Source: Ignavibacteria bacterium
Lineage (GTDB): Bacteria; Bacteroidota; Ignavibacteria; Tepidaquicellales; OLB5
Length of the DNA: 64,000 nt
Reading direction: 5' to 3'
Assembly: GCA_039933555.1 (NCBI GenBank)
Contig: JBDTNV010000002.1
Coordinates: 1,520-65,519, forward strand
Below the pieces are notes generated by a model. The model saw only the letters and a program-made list of their open reading frames with translations. It was not told the DNA's origin and searched no databases. Positions 27,601 to 35,269 of this stretch are shown here, in pieces. Position 1 is the first letter of the stretch, and each line of letters opens with the position of its first letter. The translations under genes and the position numbers were made by a program.

Positions 27601-28398
27601 AAAGAAAAAGGGTTGCTTAGCTTGATAATACTTGAAATGTGGGGAAGCTCAAGGCTTTGCCGCAAATTGAAAATTGGCGAGCGCGTTGTTGTAATGGGCC
27701 CCACGGGAACACCGACAGAAATACCGACCGGCGAAACTGTTCTCTTAGCAGGCGGCGGACTTGGTAATGCAGTGCTCTTTTCTGTAGCTAAAGCATTAAA
27801 GGATGCCGGCAATACAGTTGTTTACTTTGCAGGTTACAGGAATACGAGTGATGTGTTCAAACGTGATGAAGTTGAAGAAGGCACTCACCAGGTAATATGG
27901 TCGAATGATTTCGGTGATACTATTGTTCCCCGCAGGCCGCAGGATAGAGCGATAACAGCAAATATCGTTCAGGCTATGATTGCTTATGCAGAAGGCAGAC
28001 TTGAGCCGAATCAGGGTGATAAACCGATGTATGACTTAAAAAATATTAACAGGATAATTGCGATAGGCAGTGACAGAATGATGAAGGCAGTTCAGGAAGC
28101 AAGATATAGTTTACTGAAACCGTATATTAATCCTGTTCATACTGCAATTGCAAGTATAAACTCACCTATGCAGTGCATGATGAAGGAAGTCTGCGCTCAG
28201 TGTCTGCAGAGGCACGTTGACCCGGTTACCGGCAAGGAATCCTTTGTATTCACCTGCTTTAACCAGGACCAGCATATGGATGAAGTTGACTTCAATAATT
28301 TGAACACACGTTTAAAGAACAACAGTGTACTCGAAAAGCTCACTAAGTTCTGGATGGATCACCTGTTTGCAAAAGCAGGCAGTGATTTTACAGTTTGA
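24655..28398 (+). CDS. Multidomain iron-sulfur flavoprotein: unknown N-terminal domain + GltD/NfnB-like module + PyrK/NfnA-like module
   Basis: The track ORF starts at GTG 24598. ATG 24655 is preceded by AAAGGAG and is the likelier start. Cys clusters ..CVFCHERNKDSC.., ..NGCPLDE.. and ..CPGTGHRICNDCMKAC.. Two Rossmann motifs, VVGMGPAGYT and VIGGGLTAID. The C-terminal module has ..LLAGGGLGNAV.. and a C-x5-C-x2-C...C pattern (CMMKEVCAQC...FTC), as in PyrK-type 2Fe-2S subunits. Confidence 0.8.
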   Translation: MNDLELKHGLKFEDLFESSKLKELTEKFYSFYSKADAASFEKFAKYRDTKGEGFAEIETSNIVIESARFLDDFIVDLFGISAEAEGLKLANITEREILKVRSDFMIKRVIKKYKPADLAAMNFEELNNKTDVLKEKLFPALPWKSDEENSTAAMIRDMEHLEQHFKNHLEVMPNGFEFDNKLLGKANDYFTLAASADGVKDLTDNIEIKAYKNTAGTDEEKRLYEFLKNSVELIQKWCYARMYDQKQKHAIKDWVLYKQPMNLDYNDLVHNKVETPGLPEKIYGEEETLRRRDGFKLTDKRYNNREVMSEVEYCVFCHERNKDSCSKGMHEKDGKVKRNPLGIPLNGCPLDEKISEMHLLKYEGRSIGAVSIIMIDNPMCPGTGHRICNDCMKACIYQKQEPVNIPQIETRALTDVLYLPWGFEIYSLLTRWNPINVKRPYELPYNGKNVMVVGMGPAGYTLSQYLLNEGFGVVGVDGLKIEHVHPDITGGRDSKGNYIQPKPVYSYKEIQDELDKRIFLGFGGVSEYGITVRWDKNFLKVEYLTLARRKHFKVYDGIRFGGTIEIDDAWRLGIDHIAIATGAGKPTIVKMKNNLIRGIRKASDFLMALQLTGAAKKDSLANLMLQLPAVVIGGGLTAIDTTTEAFAYYPIQVEKFLDRYEESVKDFGEEKVFSMYDDEEKGIANTFIEHGKAIRAERKRAAAAGEEPDFVPLVRKWGGVTLCYRKTVNDSPAYRLNHEEVIKSLEEGIYYWEKMSPIEAIPNEFGAVKEMIFRKQGKTEEGKYIDLDETVTIPAKTVIVAAGTSPNVIYEREHPGTFELDEWKQFFQTYKLGANGELIKAEKNETGFFTSYNENGKYVSVYGDNHPRYAGNVVKAMASAKDGFKEMIKIFPGVIKEDQPKELEGKYQELVTKLDSEFLAVVEAINILTPTIVEVVLKAPLQARKFHPGQFYRLQNYETTSPNIDGSQMMMEGLALTGAWVDKEKGLLSLIILEMWGSSRLCRKLKIGERVVVMGPTGTPTEIPTGETVLLAGGGLGNAVLFSVAKALKDAGNTVVYFAGYRNTSDVFKRDEVEEGTHQVIWSNDFGDTIVPRRPQDRAITANIVQAMIAYAEGRLEPNQGDKPMYDLKNINRIIAIGSDRMMKAVQEARYSLLKPYINPVHTAIASINSPMQCMMKEVCAQCLQRHVDPVTGKESFVFTCFNQDQHMDEVDFNNLNTRLKNNSVLEKLTKFWMDHLFAKAGSDFTV

Positions 28399-28403
28399 TA
28401 GCA

Positions 28404-28430
28404 ATTCCCACGAAAGTGGGAATCCATACC
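28404..28430 (+). repeat. Stop-codon-proximal hairpin repeat, type R2, copy a
   Basis: ATTCCCAC-GAAA-GTGGGAAT followed by CCATACC. Starts 5 nt after the stop codon at 28398. Same architecture as 43499..43525. Confidence 0.6.
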
Positions 28431-28432
28431 AC

Positions 28433-28461
28433 AAAAAGCCCGGCAATAGCCGGGCTTTTTT
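28433..28461 (+). terminator. Intrinsic terminator
   Basis: AAAAAGCCCGGC-aata-GCCGGGCTTTTTT. Confidence 0.85.
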
Positions 28462-28508
28462 ATTTCTTACATTTATGATTATTTTTCGGGAATGAAATAA
28501 ATAAAAAA

Positions 28509-29015
28509 ATGAATTCAGAAGAACTGCGTCAAATTCAGGCTCCTTTAAAGGAGAAATATAAAGCAGATCCTGATTCCGCAATAATAACTTTACACGCCGA
28601 AGGAAATTTAGGTGAAGGTGTTACATGCAATATCAGCACCGGCAAAAAACTTGCGGCAATTGCAGGACTCCATCCTGCAACCGGCGGCACGGGAATTGAA
28701 CTGTGCTCGGGTGATATGCTGCTTGAGGCATTGACTGCATGCGCTGGTGTAACCCTTAAAGCAGTTGCAACGGCACTCAGGATAGATATTAAAGCCGGAA
28801 CAGTACATGCTGAAGGAGATATAGATTTCAGGGGCACATTAGCTGTTGATAAAGCCGCACCTGTAGGATTTAAGGATATCCGGCTCTCATTTAAGCTCGA
28901 TACAAACGCCACTGAGGAAGAAATGAATTCCTTGATGAAATTGACCGAAAGATACTGTGTGGTCTACCAGACTTTAAAGACACCGCCTGAGATAAAAATA
29001 AATTATTCAAACTAA
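28509..29015 (+). CDS. OsmC/Ohr family peroxiredoxin-like protein
   Basis: 168 aa with ..GLHPATGGTG..ELCSGDMLLEAL.ACAG.. and a C-terminal ..TERYCVVYQTL.. Confidence 0.75.
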   Translation: MNSEELRQIQAPLKEKYKADPDSAIITLHAEGNLGEGVTCNISTGKKLAAIAGLHPATGGTGIELCSGDMLLEALTACAGVTLKAVATALRIDIKAGTVHAEGDIDFRGTLAVDKAAPVGFKDIRLSFKLDTNATEEEMNSLMKLTERYCVVYQTLKTPPEIKINYSN

Positions 29016-29033
29016 CGGTATAAATAAATATTT

Positions 29034-29465
29034 ATGGATACAGGTAACATAATTTTAATCCTGAGCTTCGGAGTTCCGATACTTGTAATTGCTGCAATTT
29101 TCTGGTGGATGAAGCGAGATTTTAGCAGGTTAAGTAAATGGGCAAAGGAAAACAAGGAGCGCCAGGCATTTGCTAAACCCGCCAAGGCGAAGATAATTTC
29201 GGTATCGCAGGGAATACAAGGGGGAGATATTAAGAAGATGATATTCTTTACATTTGAAATTAACGATGGGTTTACATCTCCTTACACAGCATCAGCCGGA
29301 TGGTTTGTTGATACACTGCATTTGAACAAAATTCAGGAAGGGATGGAGCTTGATGTTAAGGTTGATAGCGAAGACCCGCAGAAGATATACCCCGCAAACT
29401 CGTGGGCAACATATACCGAGGGTTATTCAAGTGATCTGAATGTGGAAAAGCTGAGGGGGAGGTAA
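29034..29465 (+). CDS. Hypothetical membrane-anchored protein
   Basis: 143 aa with one N-terminal TM segment (IILILSFGVPILVIAAIFWW). No recognised domain. Confidence 0.5.
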   Translation: MDTGNIILILSFGVPILVIAAIFWWMKRDFSRLSKWAKENKERQAFAKPAKAKIISVSQGIQGGDIKKMIFFTFEINDGFTSPYTASAGWFVDTLHLNKIQEGMELDVKVDSEDPQKIYPANSWATYTEGYSSDLNVEKLRGR

Positions 29466-29468
29466 GTT

Positions 29469-29497
29469 GTCATCCTGAACGCAGTGAAGGATCCAAT
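29469..29497 (+). repeat. Stop-codon-proximal repeat, type R1, copy a
   Basis: GTCATCCTGAACGCAGTGAAGGATCCAAT, starting 4 nt after the stop at 29465. Arms ATCCT/AGGAT. Confidence 0.6.
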
Positions 29498-29544
29498 CAT
29501 ACCATTTTTAAATAAATCCATTCAGCATTCATATTTTATTTTAT

Positions 29545-29587
29545 AAAAAGTGGTGTAAAGCTTTAAAGCCCTACACCACTTTCTTTA
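29545..29587. terminator. Bidirectional terminator between convergent genes
   Basis: AGTGGTGTA-14 nt-TACACCACT, flanked by AAAAA on one side and TTTCTTT on the other. Confidence 0.65.
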
Positions 29588-29599
29588 TGTTCTATCAAT

Positions 29600-29647
29600 G
29601 AGATCCTTCGCTCCTTGCCGGCCTCCGGCCGCCAAGTCTCTCAGGAT
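29600..29647 (-). repeat. Stop-codon-proximal repeat, type R1, copy c (with GC-rich insert)
   Basis: Minus strand ATCCTGAGAGACTTGGCGGCCGGAGGCCGGCAAGGAGCGAAGGATCTC, beginning at the last base of the stop codon of the 29647..31023 gene. The insert forms a 9-bp GC-rich hairpin. Confidence 0.6.
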
Positions 29648-31023
29648 TATAGACGCTCAAACTTTGCTGTAAAGTGCCTTAGGAACTCGGGTTCTTCGAC
29701 AATCTTCATACCACGAACTTTTTCTTTGCCTTCGAACATTTTCTCAAATACTTCGATGACATATTCAATATGGCTTTGTGTATAAACACGGCGTGGAATT
29801 GCAAGTCTTACAAGTTCATTTGGCGCGGGAATTAATTTACCGCCGGAATCATACTTACCAAACATAACCGAACCTATTTCAACTGAGCGAATCCCACCCT
29901 TTAAATATAGCTCACATACCATTGCCTGACCCGGGTATTCTTCAACTGGTAAGTGGGGGTAGAATGCGGCTGCATCTATATATACAGCATGACCGCCGAT
30001 CGGATAAATTAGAGGTACACCCATTTTGTAAAGCTTCTCTCCAAGATATCCGGTACTTCTGATCCTGTACGTTAAATAATCAGGCTCAAAGACTTCATCT
30101 AGACCGACTGCAATAGCTTCCATGCTGCGGCCGGAGAGTCCCCCGTAAGTTGCAAACCCCTCGGTTATGATAAGCAGATTTGTACACTCATCAGCCAGCT
30201 TCTTTTCCTTCAATGCCAGGAAACCGCCCATGTTAACAAGACCATCTTTCTTTGCGCTCATTACACAACCATCTGCCAGTGAAAACATTTCCTGAGCTAT
30301 CTGTTTATATGTTTTATTTTCATATCCTTTTTCACGGTGTTTTATGTAATATGAGTTTTCTGCAATTCTGCAGCAATCCAGGAAATAATTCACTTTATAT
30401 TTATTGCATATTTTTTTTATCTCAATTGCGTTTGCCATACTAACCGGCTGGCCGCCGCCGCTGTTATTGGTAACTGTCAGTATTACTCCCCCGATATTTT
30501 CAGCTCCGTGTTTTTTAATCAGTTCTTCAAGGGCTTTGGTATCCATGTTACCTTTAAAGGGTTTATCAAGCATTGGGTGGCTTGCTTCTTCTACGGGAAT
30601 ATCATATGCCTCAGCTCCGCTGAATTCTATGTTAGCTCTTGTGGTATCAAAGTGAGTGTTGCTGATAAATACTTTCCCTTTTCCGCCTAAATGGCCGTAA
30701 AGAATTCTCTCAGCAGCCCTGCCCTGGTGAGTTGGCAGAATAAATTCATACCCGGTTAAGTCCTTTATCACAGCTTCCATCTTAAGCCAGCTTCTCGATC
30801 CTGCATATGCTTCATCGGCTTCCATCATAGCTGCCCATTGACGCGAGCTCATAGCAGATGTTCCGCTATCAGTCAGGAAATCTATCAGGACATGTTCAGA
30901 TTTAAGCATAAAGGGGTTATAGTGTGCATCAAGCAAATATCTATCGCGCTCTTCTTCGGTTGTAACACTTAATGGCTCAACTTCTTTTATTTTAAATGGT
31001 TCAATTATTGTCTTAAAGCCCAT
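29647..31023 (-). CDS. tnaA: PLP-dependent beta-eliminating lyase, tryptophanase-like (tryptophanase / tyrosine phenol-lyase family)
   Basis: 458 aa with ..IIEPFKIKEVEP.., ..LIDFLTDSGTSAMS.., ..SAKKDGLVNMGGFL.. and ..RLAIPRRVYTQSHIEYVIE..EPEFLRHFTAKFERL. From memory, the C-terminal motifs look closer to tryptophanase than to tyrosine phenol-lyase. The family call is firm; the substrate is not. Confidence 0.75.
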   Translation of the reverse strand: MGFKTIIEPFKIKEVEPLSVTTEEERDRYLLDAHYNPFMLKSEHVLIDFLTDSGTSAMSSRQWAAMMEADEAYAGSRSWLKMEAVIKDLTGYEFILPTHQGRAAERILYGHLGGKGKVFISNTHFDTTRANIEFSGAEAYDIPVEEASHPMLDKPFKGNMDTKALEELIKKHGAENIGGVILTVTNNSGGGQPVSMANAIEIKKICNKYKVNYFLDCCRIAENSYYIKHREKGYENKTYKQIAQEMFSLADGCVMSAKKDGLVNMGGFLALKEKKLADECTNLLIITEGFATYGGLSGRSMEAIAVGLDEVFEPDYLTYRIRSTGYLGEKLYKMGVPLIYPIGGHAVYIDAAAFYPHLPVEEYPGQAMVCELYLKGGIRSVEIGSVMFGKYDSGGKLIPAPNELVRLAIPRRVYTQSHIEYVIEVFEKMFEGKEKVRGMKIVEEPEFLRHFTAKFERL

Positions 31024-31065
31024 GTTATCTCCATAAGTTTAATTAACTCTGCTATACAAAATTAT

Positions 31066-31097
31066 CTAAAAAAAGTAACTTAAATTATGATTTAAGT
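31066..31097 (-). terminator. AT-rich hairpin terminator after the esterase gene
   Basis: Minus strand ACTTAAAT-cata-ATTTAAGT, then TACTTTTTTT. Confidence 0.45.
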
Positions 31098-31128
31098 CAT
31101 AAGGAAAACAGCTGAAAAAACGAAAATA

Positions 31129-31779
31129 TCAAAGAATTCCAGCCTCTTTCATCAACTGAACACTTATTTCATGTCCGCCATCGAATATATATGATTTGGG
31201 GTTTATTCCTGTAGATTTAAGCAATTGAATTTGTGATTCAGGAAAATCACTAATATAGTATGGGTCTTTTGCTGCGAATACCTGGTGAATCCCGGTATTC
31301 TTAAAATTATCGCTTTTGGTGTAATCAATATCGTGTGCCAAGCTTCCGCACCAGAATACAGCCTTATCAATTTTGGCTTTGCCAAGTGTTAACCAGCGGG
31401 CAAGCGTCGCTGAGCCTTGAGAAAAACCAAGAGCATTAATTTTTATGTTGTTTAGTTTTGCTTTGGGTTCAATATCATCAAAAAATAACCTGTCAAGATA
31501 GTTAACGTAATCTTTGATATCACTATCCCTGTCTTCCTTTGTCATCCATGATGCGCCGACATCACCACTATCACCCTTAATATACAACCGCATCAATCCT
31601 TCAGGTGCATATAAAAAACTGCCGGAATCAGCAAGCTCTTTAAAGTCAGAAATAAACTTTCCGGCAAGTTGTCTGTGCCCGTGAATAAAGATCCAGATGT
31701 CTTTTGTGTTTTCAGTAAATTCGCCAAGGGTATAGTATCTTGCTGTCCTTGTTACGGGAATATGGTGTTCCTTCAGCAT
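31129..31779 (-). CDS. Alpha/beta hydrolase (carboxylesterase/phospholipase-like)
   Basis: 216 aa. Nucleophile elbow GFSQGS and a C-terminal ..FDGGHE.. (likely catalytic His). Confidence 0.6.
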   Translation of the reverse strand: MLKEHHIPVTRTARYYTLGEFTENTKDIWIFIHGHRQLAGKFISDFKELADSGSFLYAPEGLMRLYIKGDSGDVGASWMTKEDRDSDIKDYVNYLDRLFFDDIEPKAKLNNIKINALGFSQGSATLARWLTLGKAKIDKAVFWCGSLAHDIDYTKSDNFKNTGIHQVFAAKDPYYISDFPESQIQLLKSTGINPKSYIFDGGHEISVQLMKEAGIL

Positions 31780-31806
31780 AAAAAAATTAATCCATTATAT
31801 TCTGTT

Positions 31807-31905
31807 TTAGTCTTTTCTGAAATATGCAAATGCAAAAGTTAATACCGCATATAAAATGAATAATAAGAATACTGCTGCTAGTATATATATTATATATGTA
31901 AACAT
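31807..31905 (-). CDS. Possible 32-aa hydrophobic micro-protein directly downstream of fahA
   Basis: Manual translation gives MFTYIIYILAAVFLLFILYAVLTFAFAYFRKD (one TM-like helix). The ATG is 5 nt after the fahA stop and has no obvious RBS. Below the ORF-track size cutoff. Confidence 0.25.
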   Translation of the reverse strand: MFTYIIYILAAVFLLFILYAVLTFAFAYFRKD

Positions 31906-31910
31906 AATCT

Positions 31911-33167
31911 TTATTTTGCAGGAAGTATTTTTCCTGCTACCTCTCCAAATCCTATTTTGTAACCCTCGCCGTTGCAATAACCATTTATGATCAGTGTATC
32001 TCCATCGTAAATAAATTTTCTTTCCTCGCCATCAGGCAGTTGGATAGGGTTTTCGCCGCGCCACGAGAGTTCAAGCATTGAGCCGTATGAATCTTTGGTT
32101 GGTCCGCTTATCGTTCCCGATGCCATCATATCACCTGTCTTTGTATTGCATCCGTTAACAGTATGATGTGCTAGCTGCTGGCAGATGTTCCAGTACATAT
32201 ATTTGAAGTTAGAGCCTGATATCTTAAACGGCTCTTTTTGTTTTTCTGTTTTTAGAAAAACATCAAGGTTAATATCATATGCCCAGTCACCTTTTGAAGC
32301 AAGATACTCCATTGGCTTCGGTTCCTGCACAGGACCTTTAATTCTGAAAGGCTCCAGTGCTTCCATAGTAACAATCCATGGTGATATGGAGGTTGCAAAG
32401 TTCTTTGCCAAAAATGGCCCGAGAGGCTGGTATTCCCAAGTCTGTATGTCCCTCGCGCTCCAGTCGTTTACAAGTACCATACCAAAAATATGGTCATAAG
32501 TTTTATCAATGGTAATAGCTTCTCCCAGTGAGTTTCCCTGACCGATAAAAAAGCCCATTTCAAGCTCAAAATCCAGCAGTTTTGTCGGGCCAAATACGGG
32601 TTCCTCGAAATTTGCCGGTTTAGTTTGCCCTTTAGGCCTCACTATATTAGTACCACTGATAACTATAGAACTTGATCTGCCATGGTAGCCAATCGGGATA
32701 TGGAGCCAGTTTGGCATAAGTGCATTCTCTTTTCCGCGAAACATAGTGCCTACATTTGTAGCGTGCTCACGGGATGAATAAAAATCAGTGTAATCGCCTA
32801 TTTCAACAGGAAGGCACATTACAACATCCTTCATTGGTATGAGCGAAACTTTCTGCAGGTCTTTATCATCTCTCAGCATCGGGTTTTCATCACCCAGCGC
32901 CATTTGCAAAATTGTTCTGACCTGTTTCCACGCTTCACGTCCCATCGACATAAATGCATTAAGGCTTGGCCTGCTGAATATTTTCTTATCTCCAAGCAAA
33001 GTCTTTTTAAAGAAGCCTTTTTCTTCGAGCATGGATAGATCCACAACATAATCACCAATTGCAGTACCGCAAACTGCCTGTGACCCTACTTTTAACTTAA
33101 AAACTCCATACGGCAGGTTTTGTATCGGAAAATGTGATCCGGGGTCAATATCTAAGAACGATTTCAT
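31911..33167 (-). CDS. fahA: Fumarylacetoacetase
   Basis: 418 aa. Near colinear with eukaryotic/bacterial FAH as I remember it: ..HFPIQNLPYGVF.., ..IGDYTDFYSSREHATNVGTMFRGKENALMPNWLHIPIGYHGRSSS.., ..VNDWSARDIQTWEYQPLGPFL.., ..GSMLELSW.. Confidence 0.92.
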   Translation of the reverse strand: MKSFLDIDPGSHFPIQNLPYGVFKLKVGSQAVCGTAIGDYVVDLSMLEEKGFFKKTLLGDKKIFSRPSLNAFMSMGREAWKQVRTILQMALGDENPMLRDDKDLQKVSLIPMKDVVMCLPVEIGDYTDFYSSREHATNVGTMFRGKENALMPNWLHIPIGYHGRSSSIVISGTNIVRPKGQTKPANFEEPVFGPTKLLDFELEMGFFIGQGNSLGEAITIDKTYDHIFGMVLVNDWSARDIQTWEYQPLGPFLAKNFATSISPWIVTMEALEPFRIKGPVQEPKPMEYLASKGDWAYDINLDVFLKTEKQKEPFKISGSNFKYMYWNICQQLAHHTVNGCNTKTGDMMASGTISGPTKDSYGSMLELSWRGENPIQLPDGEERKFIYDGDTLIINGYCNGEGYKIGFGEVAGKILPAK

Positions 33168-34142
33168 TTAAAATAACTCCATTGTTTTCAAATCTTCTAT
33201 AGGTTCATCAAAGCTGCAGCTTCCGTATGAAAGCATATAGCCGTCTCTTGATTCCTTAATTTCTAAATTTGATACGGCAATTTCATTCCATTCAAATCCG
33301 CTTTCTGTGAAAATAAATTCATACGGGTCTTCTTCATTAAGCACTTCAAGCAATTCAGCCTCATCCAGATTATTAGTATAAGCCATTATCCCAGCAGCAA
33401 ATACATTGAGGAAACCGTGCATAATAGAAGACACTTCCTTATTATAATGTCTAACCGGATGATGAAGACCGGCTGTACATTTCATGGGTACGCTGAACTC
33501 ACAGGTTGTCATGATAGCAAATGCTATAACTTCAGGGTCCGGGAAAGCGCTCGCTTCAATTCCGCCTGTCCGAAGTTTATATCCGCATCCTTTATCAAGT
33601 GCAGCGATTGTTTCAACAGTACGGATAATTTCCGTTTCAAAATCTTTGGTCAGTGTTGCTTCATAAAACACAGGGATACTTTTTTCAAGCGCTCTTTCCA
33701 ATTCAGCAGAAATGCCAATCATCAGGTCAAGCATTTCATCATTTTCATCAAGCTTAAAAAGCTCCTCTGGGAGGCGAACTTCAAAAGCGTCAACAGAAAC
33801 TGTGCTTCTATATTTACCAATAAATTCCTGAATTGATTTAAGATCGTTTGCAAAATAATTATTAAAATCAGCAATACTCTCACCGCTGGCACCAAGTACA
33901 GATATGGGTATTGTGCCTTCAATTTTCATATCATCTAATATATTACCAAGCTCAGCAAGCCTTTTAGCGGGAATTATAAATTTACCCAGCATCCATTTAT
34001 ATTCGCCCTGGCTGTAGAAAACAAAGTTGTGAAATGCCTGAGGAAGTTCAAGGCTTGCAGGCGGGAAAAGTCCGGCATAATCAATCATTTTACTGCAAAA
34101 ATTCTTTAAGCTTGCTATGGGTTTAACGTGATTTGTGCTCAT
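33168..34142 (-). CDS. Conserved-looking hypothetical protein translationally abutting fahA
   Basis: 324 aa with no signal peptide. Motifs ..GYKLRTGG.. and ..MKCTAGLHHPVRH.. suggest an enzyme active site, but I cannot place the family. Its stop codon (33170..33168) is immediately followed by the fahA ATG (33167). Confidence 0.8.
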   Translation of the reverse strand: MSTNHVKPIASLKNFCSKMIDYAGLFPPASLELPQAFHNFVFYSQGEYKWMLGKFIIPAKRLAELGNILDDMKIEGTIPISVLGASGESIADFNNYFANDLKSIQEFIGKYRSTVSVDAFEVRLPEELFKLDENDEMLDLMIGISAELERALEKSIPVFYEATLTKDFETEIIRTVETIAALDKGCGYKLRTGGIEASAFPDPEVIAFAIMTTCEFSVPMKCTAGLHHPVRHYNKEVSSIMHGFLNVFAAGIMAYTNNLDEAELLEVLNEEDPYEFIFTESGFEWNEIAVSNLEIKESRDGYMLSYGSCSFDEPIEDLKTMELF

Positions 34143-34335
34143 CTAATAATATTAACAATATAAATGTATAATTTTTCAGTATTTTTGTAAGAAATCTAAG
34201 GCAAACATAACCAATATAATAGTTAAATGAAATTGAGTAAACTTTCATATTAACAATTTTTGAGGGTTTTCTTTTTTGTAGATATAATCTATCTTTGCTG
34301 AGTAATCTTTTCCATAATCATTTAATTTTCTATTA

Positions 34336-35262
34336 ATGCTGAAAATATTTGTTGCATTCGTATTTATTTTTCATATATCTCTGCATTCACAGGAATCAAA
34401 ACCACAGATATCATTTACTTTTGATGACCCGAATCTTGAGACTACGGGCAAAATGACATGGATGCAAAAGGATGATGCAATACTCGCAACACTTGCGAAA
34501 AATAATCTTAAGGCGGCGCTCTTTGTAAGCGGTAAACGAATAGATTTCCCCGAAGGTAAGGTTCTGCTGAGCAAATGGAATGATGCGGGGCATATGATAT
34601 GCAATCACTCTTACTCACACAGTTATTATCACTCTAAAAAGCAGACTCTTGAAAGCTATGAAAAAGATTTCCTTAGATGTGACTCAATAATAAATAAATA
34701 TTCAGGGTTTACAAAACTCTTCCGGTTCCCGTTCCTTAAAGAAGGAGATACCCCTGAGAAAAGAGACGGCTTCAGGAAGTTTATGAATGAAATGGGATAC
34801 AAAAGCGGGTATGCGACTATTGATGCTTCTGACTGGTATATAGATGGCAGGATGGTTGATACTTTGAAGGTAAATCCAGATTTTGACCTCACCCCTTTTA
34901 AAGAATATTACATGGCGCATATCTACAACCGCGCAATGTTGTACGATAGCCTTGGAATGCAACTTACAGGCAGACATATTAAACATACTGTTCTTCTTCA
35001 TCACAATCTTATCAATGCAATGTTTTTGGGAGAGCTTATTAATTTTTTCAAAGTAAAAGGGTGGGATATTATTAATGCATCAGACGCTTATACGGATGAA
35101 GTATTTTCATTGCAGCCTGATATACTGCCTGCAGGTGAAAGTATAGTGTGGGCAATGGCAAAAGAAACGGGAAAATTTGAAAACATGCTGAGATACCCGG
35201 GTGAAGATGGTGTATATGAAGAAGAAGCTTTTAACACGTATTTAAAGAACTATTTTAAATAA
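34336..35262 (+). CDS. Polysaccharide deacetylase (NodB homology / CE4-like)
   Basis: 308 aa with a signal peptide, ..ISFTFDDPN.. and ..NHSYSH.. Confidence 0.7.
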   Translation: MLKIFVAFVFIFHISLHSQESKPQISFTFDDPNLETTGKMTWMQKDDAILATLAKNNLKAALFVSGKRIDFPEGKVLLSKWNDAGHMICNHSYSHSYYHSKKQTLESYEKDFLRCDSIINKYSGFTKLFRFPFLKEGDTPEKRDGFRKFMNEMGYKSGYATIDASDWYIDGRMVDTLKVNPDFDLTPFKEYYMAHIYNRAMLYDSLGMQLTGRHIKHTVLLHHNLINAMFLGELINFFKVKGWDIINASDAYTDEVFSLQPDILPAGESIVWAMAKETGKFENMLRYPGEDGVYEEEAFNTYLKNYFK

Positions 35263-35269
35263 AAAATAA

